Origin: Macrostomum hystrix
Lineage: Eukaryota; Animalia; Platyhelminthes
Assembly: GCA_950097015.1 (NCBI GenBank)
Contig: CATNEN010000011.1
Location: 3,100,001 to 3,164,000, forward strand
Length of the DNA stretch: 64,000 bases
Direction: 5' to 3'
In this document: in pieces, positions 58,752-64,000 of the stretch
Layout: the number at the start of each line of letters is the position of its first letter
Position numbering within the stretch: position 1 is the first letter of the stretch
Program-made: the position numbers and the translations under genes
Notes under the pieces: model-generated
Told to the model about the DNA's origin: nothing
What the model saw: the letters and a program-made list of their open reading frames with translations, nothing else
The model's database searches: none

Positions 58752-59060
58752 TTGAAGCCTTGTGGTTAGAGCGTCGGACTCACGACTCGAAGGTCAGAGG
58801 TTAGTTCGGAGGTTCGATCCCGACTCCAGTGGAACAATATGTGTCCTTTAGCAAGCCAATTAACTCTTCATTGCTTCAGTTCACCCAGCTGCTAAATGCG
58901 TACACGCATTTGCTGGGATAATTGAGGGTGGGTGTGGCATCCCCCCAGTCCATGAACTGAACAGCTTTACGCAGCCTTCAGATGCGCCGCGCAATAGCTG
59001 CGGCTGTGCTGTCAGCTGCACATTTGGCCCAATTGGGGCAGGTGTAATCAATTATTAATT
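58752..59060 (+). mobile_element. SINE family 1 copy orthologous to 24125-24430 within the duplication
   Basis: Same flanks and body. Confidence 0.75.
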
Positions 59061-59870
59061 ACTTTGGAATTCTGCCACTGTGGATCAATTGAAATGCCCA
59101 TAAACTTAACTCGGACGCAAAATGCTATAGCCATTAACCGCCCGCAAAAAGGCATCGACCAATAGGAATGGCTTACTGAGGCTAAAATGTCTATGGCACC
59201 GCGAAGTGGGGGCTCTGCCCCACACCCCTGAAAGTATAGCTTGGGCAAAAACGTCTATGGTACAATAAAATTAATACCCAAGCTTTGCGGGCGGTTAATG
59301 GCTATATTAACTGCCCGCAAGAAAATTACCGAGCAATAATTCATCTATGGCCATTACCGGGCAACACTTTCTGCCCGCCGGGCAAAAAGGTCATAGTACA
59401 ATGCACCAGCTTAGCCGCAGTACAAGCGTGGTGTATACAAGAAATAACATCTAAAATTAAATGCCCGCGACTCTGACAGCAGAGGCAGCTACTTGCTCGA
59501 ATTCACGAGCGAATGGGAGGGAACGGGGGGACAAGGATGCTTAAAGTGAAAATTATGCGAAACAAAAATAGATGGCTTAGAATAGAATAGAATAAAATCG
59601 AATAGAATAGAATCACCATTCTATTCTTTCCTCCTTGTTCTTGACTGAAGCTATAAGCTCTGCCTCTTATTTATTATAATAAGATTATGTGCTTGAAATG
59701 GTTTTCTGAACACCGCAAACTTCTAAAAATAAACTATAAGCGGGAATATTTGTTTGAGATGTACATTTTTTCAACAGTCCTAACTACCAATTCGAACTCT
59801 GATGCTGATTTTATGCTACTTTATGTTAGTTTCGAAATCATTCGTCAATTTAACAAGCTAATAAGCAACA

Positions 59871-59940
59871 ATGATTTGTTACTCAATACCCATTGAAATA
59901 TTGGTACTTCTTTTGACGATGCGATCAATCAAAGTGACGG
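59871..59940 (+). other. Extra copy of the signal-peptide exon (MICYSIPIEILVLLLTMRSIKVT) with an intact gtaagt donor, ~1.1 kb upstream of G5 exon 1
   Basis: Near-identical to 61025-61094 and 25893-25962; phase 1. Confidence 0.75.
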
Positions 59941-61024
59941 GTAAGTGACTTTGGAAAAAACTGAAGTTTAAAAACTGGACTACTTTAAGCTTTTAAGCTT
60001 TGTTTGAACTTACGCTCGTTTAAGGATTGAATCATTTTTTGAAACAGTTAGTTGCGTAGACGCGTATTATCAGATATTCTAGAAAAAATAGCTCAACAAA
60101 GAAAGCTTTCAAGTTTTTTAAAGCAACCTTTTTTGGTTTAATTCGAGCACATGAACTTCTTATATTTCGGTTCTGTGAACTGTGAACATTTGCACAATCG
60201 TCAATCGATTAAAGTTGCTTAGGTCTCTCAGATAACCTACGAAAGCTTTATTCTGTGATTGGATCCTGGATGTGTATCTTTATCTTCAGACCTTTTCATA
60301 AACCACAAATACCCTGATTTAGATCTGTTAGCGATGCTAGACTGAAATTTTTAGCCCTGCTTCTTCTCATAATAAGATTATGCGCTAAAAATATATTCTC
60401 AATAAACACATGAAACCTACGTTCGCGCATAGACTTTTAATATTAAACATAGGCGGGAAAACGTGTTAGAAAACCATATTATACCGGGAAGGTTTTGTGC
60501 TCCAGCTACGTTCTGCGACAGCAACAGAAAGATAAGCGCTTCACGGGCCAGAGTCCCGTTTCTGTGTGGTATCCGGAGTCACATGAAAAGCGGCAGTGAA
60601 GCTCTGCCTCTCGCTTCCAGTGTATATAATGTCAAACAGTGCGCAAGTACAGAGGCATAATGGGGTGAGAGGGAGAAACGCTGGGAAATAACAAACACAG
60701 GGGCAGCTGTTTCTGTCCCTCACGCAAATGCTCCCCAGCAAACGCACGCATAACCTGTTCCTCGCGTTCCTGGGCCGTATCGATCCATAGGCCGCCTCGC
60801 CGTGCACGCGAGTCATGTGAGCCATGCAAATACGATGCTCTGAATTGTATTTGCTATAGGCTTACGCATGTATTTAAATATAGTCGTAACTACCAATGCG
60901 TACGTTGATATTCATTTTATGCCACTTCCTGCACTATTATATACAGCAAGAAACAGCTAGCAAGCATTTATTCCGTCTGCTAGTTTCGAAATCATTCGTT
61001 AATTTAACAAGCTGATAAGCAACA

Positions 61025-63978
61025 ATGATTCGTTACTCAATACCCACTGAAATATTGGTACTTCTTTTGACGATGCGATCAATCAAAGTGACGGGTAAGT
61101 TGCTTTGGAAAAAACGGTGAACTTTATAAACTGGACTACTTTAGAGCAAGCTGATCTTCTTTTAGCAAGCTGCTACAATGCTGATATCTACGATTCATCC
61201 GGCTCGGTGGCATGTCCCGCGAATGCCAACGAATATCAAAACAACATGGACGTTCAATGGGTGCTTCATGCGAGTGGGGTAAAATTAATCAAATTTCAAA
61301 GTTTTGTTACAGAAGCATGCTGTGACAAGGTTTCCATCTATGAGACAACATCTGCAACAAATGCAACAGAGAAGTTCCGGTTGTCTGGTTCAGGCGAGAG
61401 CGTGCTGACCTCGGAGTTCTGGATTCCAGGACCAGCTGTCGTTCGCTTTAAAACTGATCATTCAGTAACAGCGTCTGGATTTCGATTTACCTTTGAAACT
61501 AACTATTCATCTGATATTTCAGGTAAAAGAATGAATTGGATTTGATTATGTGATTTGTGACTGCTCAATAATCGTGATACCCTTCTGCACTACCCCTCCC
61601 GTCAGTTGCCACTGAACTGATCCGGCACAGCACCGGCCAACGAACCAGCCACGCGAACTTCGGTTCCGGAACATATCCAGACAACTACAGATTGGCTAGA
61701 AGCATACAGTGTCCGCCAGACGGCATCATTAGCATTCGATTTTTGGCATTCATTACTGAGTCCTGCTGCGATCAGCTGAAAATCTTTCCAGGACTATTTT
61801 CTTATAGCGGGAGCGAAGTTTTGCATCAATACTCTGGAAATCGCTCTGAAATTCCTTATCTTCATTTGCCCTACAGTGTCACGCTAATGTTTTCTACCGA
61901 TGGATCTGTTGTACATAGCGGATTCAAATTCGATTTTAGCGTCGACAAAATAGGTAAGCTCTCAGAAAAACTTACTTTCATCTGCGGATTATCGGATTTG
62001 CATTTAGGGTTAATATTAATTTTCTTATCGTACTTGTTTGATCATTAGAGAATTTAAGAACAAATCAGTATTAAACTTTTGTTCATTGATTCTCTGTGAT
62101 TTTAACTCGGTGCAGAAACCAGCTGGTTTTCAATGCTACAACCAGTGGCTAAAACTAACTTTGCATTACTATAAACATAAAATATTATGCAGGCGCGTAG
62201 CTATACACGAGCTTGTAGTTACTAGATCATAACACGAGAATATTTAAATATTTAAAGAATGCTTATCACTTACTTTGCTTTCGAAAATGATGTTAAATGT
62301 TCCTACTTATTTAGAAGCGGTCAATTTTAAGGCATAAGAAACCTCAAGGTTCTGGTTTAAGAAAATACACCTTTATGGAACAAATCTCTTTCTCTAACGC
62401 TTCGCAGATACTTTACTGCACAGCTGGAATGGCATGGCATCCGGTGGCTCGTTCTCTATCAGATTACCGAGTATACTTGCTTCACCTATCGCCAGCTGCA
62501 AATTGCGGAATTCGTGCCTGAAACAGAGCATCGATGTGGCTGTAATGAAAATCAAGAAACTTATACAATGTTAAAATATGTGTCATGATTAACTCCGACT
62601 AAATCTCTTTCTCACTCTCCCTTTCAGCCAACAAACAAAACCCTGTCTTCCGCGGTGGAAGTTTTTTTATTTGAGCTCTGGAAGGCACCAGAGATTTCAC
62701 CGCCCTACTGCATCACTTCAGTTTCTTGCACTGTTCGCTCGGCATCCTTTTCTGCGGCTCTTGTCGAACGAAACTTCGGCTCCATTGTCTGTGAGTTTAT
62801 ATTAGTACTAAACCTGAAATTAATGTCAACAAAAATATGTTAAGATGCTATAAAACAAGCAGTAAAATAAAACATTTTCATAGCCAATCCACAATCAGTC
62901 AGCATCGAACTCATCAACCCGGAACTCTGGTCTCAGAGTGGACTCATTCAGTTCTATGCAACATCGCAGCCCGCGTGTCCAAATGTACGGCATCGATGCG
63001 AGCTTAGATCAACCAATGGAGAAGTTTCGCGAGCACTGCAGATCAGCTCAGTAAGCGATCATTAAACTGATTTTCATGAAACTGACCAACCAAAATGGTA
63101 AATTGGAGCGTTGGAGAAATATGTGTCTTGTTTAGGGACATCAATTTCAATAGGGCAGAGATTGGAACTCGCGATGCTTCAATTAAACCATTGGAGGCGC
63201 TCTGTTCACTGGGCTGAAATTTCTCTTTCACAATACAAATGATACTAACTATTTGGTAAGATGACTACATGTATGAGCAAGTTAAAAGACATATTTAGCT
63301 TATTTTATTTAAGAAATTCTAGAACGCTTACAAAACACTATGCTTTATCTTAACAATACTGTAACTATATATAGCTCACTATCAAACCTATACTACTCCA
63401 CAGACAATTCAACATTCAACCTTTACGATACTATAACTATAGTAAGTTTTCGATTATAACTATAGGATACCAGGCCGGGCATCAGATGGTGTTCAGTGAA
63501 AACCTTGTTTCGGTTAGCCGTGCCTTTAAGGACAGCTGCTATTCCAACAGCTATTGTGGCGTGTCTGAAGCTGGATCGTAGCTATGATTTGAAATCCATA
63601 ATTCTAGATGGTAAGCTTTTGAATTAAATAGAATGGAAAATGTTCTGAATTCGGAATGTTTAGAATGAAAATTCTGAATTTTAACTCTAGATCAACGAAT
63701 CACTTGGAATTTCACCAATTGGACGGGCGTTGCGTCGTCGGGATCGTTCAGTGTCACAGTCGACCCCGGGATGGGCATCGGCTCTGTTCGATGCAGCGTA
63801 AAGAACGAATGCGGCGAATACCTTCCCATCCACAGCTTTAAACTAGTTTCCAAGAGAAATGAGGCGGTCTTTAATTCTGACCCAACAGCGGCTCCTGAAA
63901 GTTGTGTTTCCGAGGTCTTGTGCAAGTTTTCAGCACCGAACGGTTGGACTCGGGACAGTTCTGTTAGAAATCTGACTG
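61025..63978 (+). CDS. G5: recent paralogue of G4, SP-CUB-CUB-Y-X-Y-... (3' end beyond the window)
   Basis: Exons 61025-61094, 61166-61522, 61606-61953, 62408-62541, 62628-62790, 62884-63050, 63466-63610, 63691-63978; same structure as G4; open. Confidence 0.85.
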
Positions 63979-64000
63979 GTGAGGGATAAAGCATTATTCG

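Larger units (their letters stand above)
58682..64000 (+). repeat. Direct segmental duplication of ~24053-28850 (upstream region plus 5' part of G4), running off the window
   Basis: Shared SINE, AATAG microsatellite, introns and exons, with local indels. Confidence 0.92.

Noticed and set aside
1-64000. Assigning the host species (intron style and the CsRn1-like element hint at a flatworm or other invertebrate)
   Set aside because: No diagnostic marker gene in the window.

Overview
Eukaryotic (invertebrate animal) genomic DNA with short GT-AG introns; no prokaryotic features. The window holds a + strand tandem array of five related genes, reconstructed by hand from splice sites, for predicted type I single-pass membrane proteins. 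They are built from phase 1-1 modules: signal peptide, 0 or 2 CUB domains, then two Cys-rich modules I cannot assign to a known family (called X and Y here), a TM helix and a short Tyr-containing tail. Architectures are G1 SP-CUB-CUB-X-TM (one frameshift), G2 SP-X-TM, G3 SP-CUB-CUB-X-Y-X-Y-X-TM, G4 SP-CUB-CUB-Y-X-Y-X-TM, and G5, a recent duplicate of G4 cut by the window end. Between G3 and G4 lie a G-rich minisatellite and an intact, young CsRn1-like Ty3/gypsy element. Between G4 and G5 is a ~27 kb transposon nest. It contains an 11.6 kb foldback element with 2.3-2.8 kb inverted arms enclosing two convergent genes: a NOF/MULE-like transposase with a C-terminal USP-like protease fold, and a charged-repeat helical protein. 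The nest also holds a decayed related transposase with a Ulp1-like motif, a 3 kb non-autonomous MULE-like element with a 9-bp TSD, and a degenerate gypsy element carrying nested Harbinger and Tc1 insertions. SINEs, LINE fragments and tandem repeats are scattered throughout. All family assignments come from motif recognition by eye; no searches were run.
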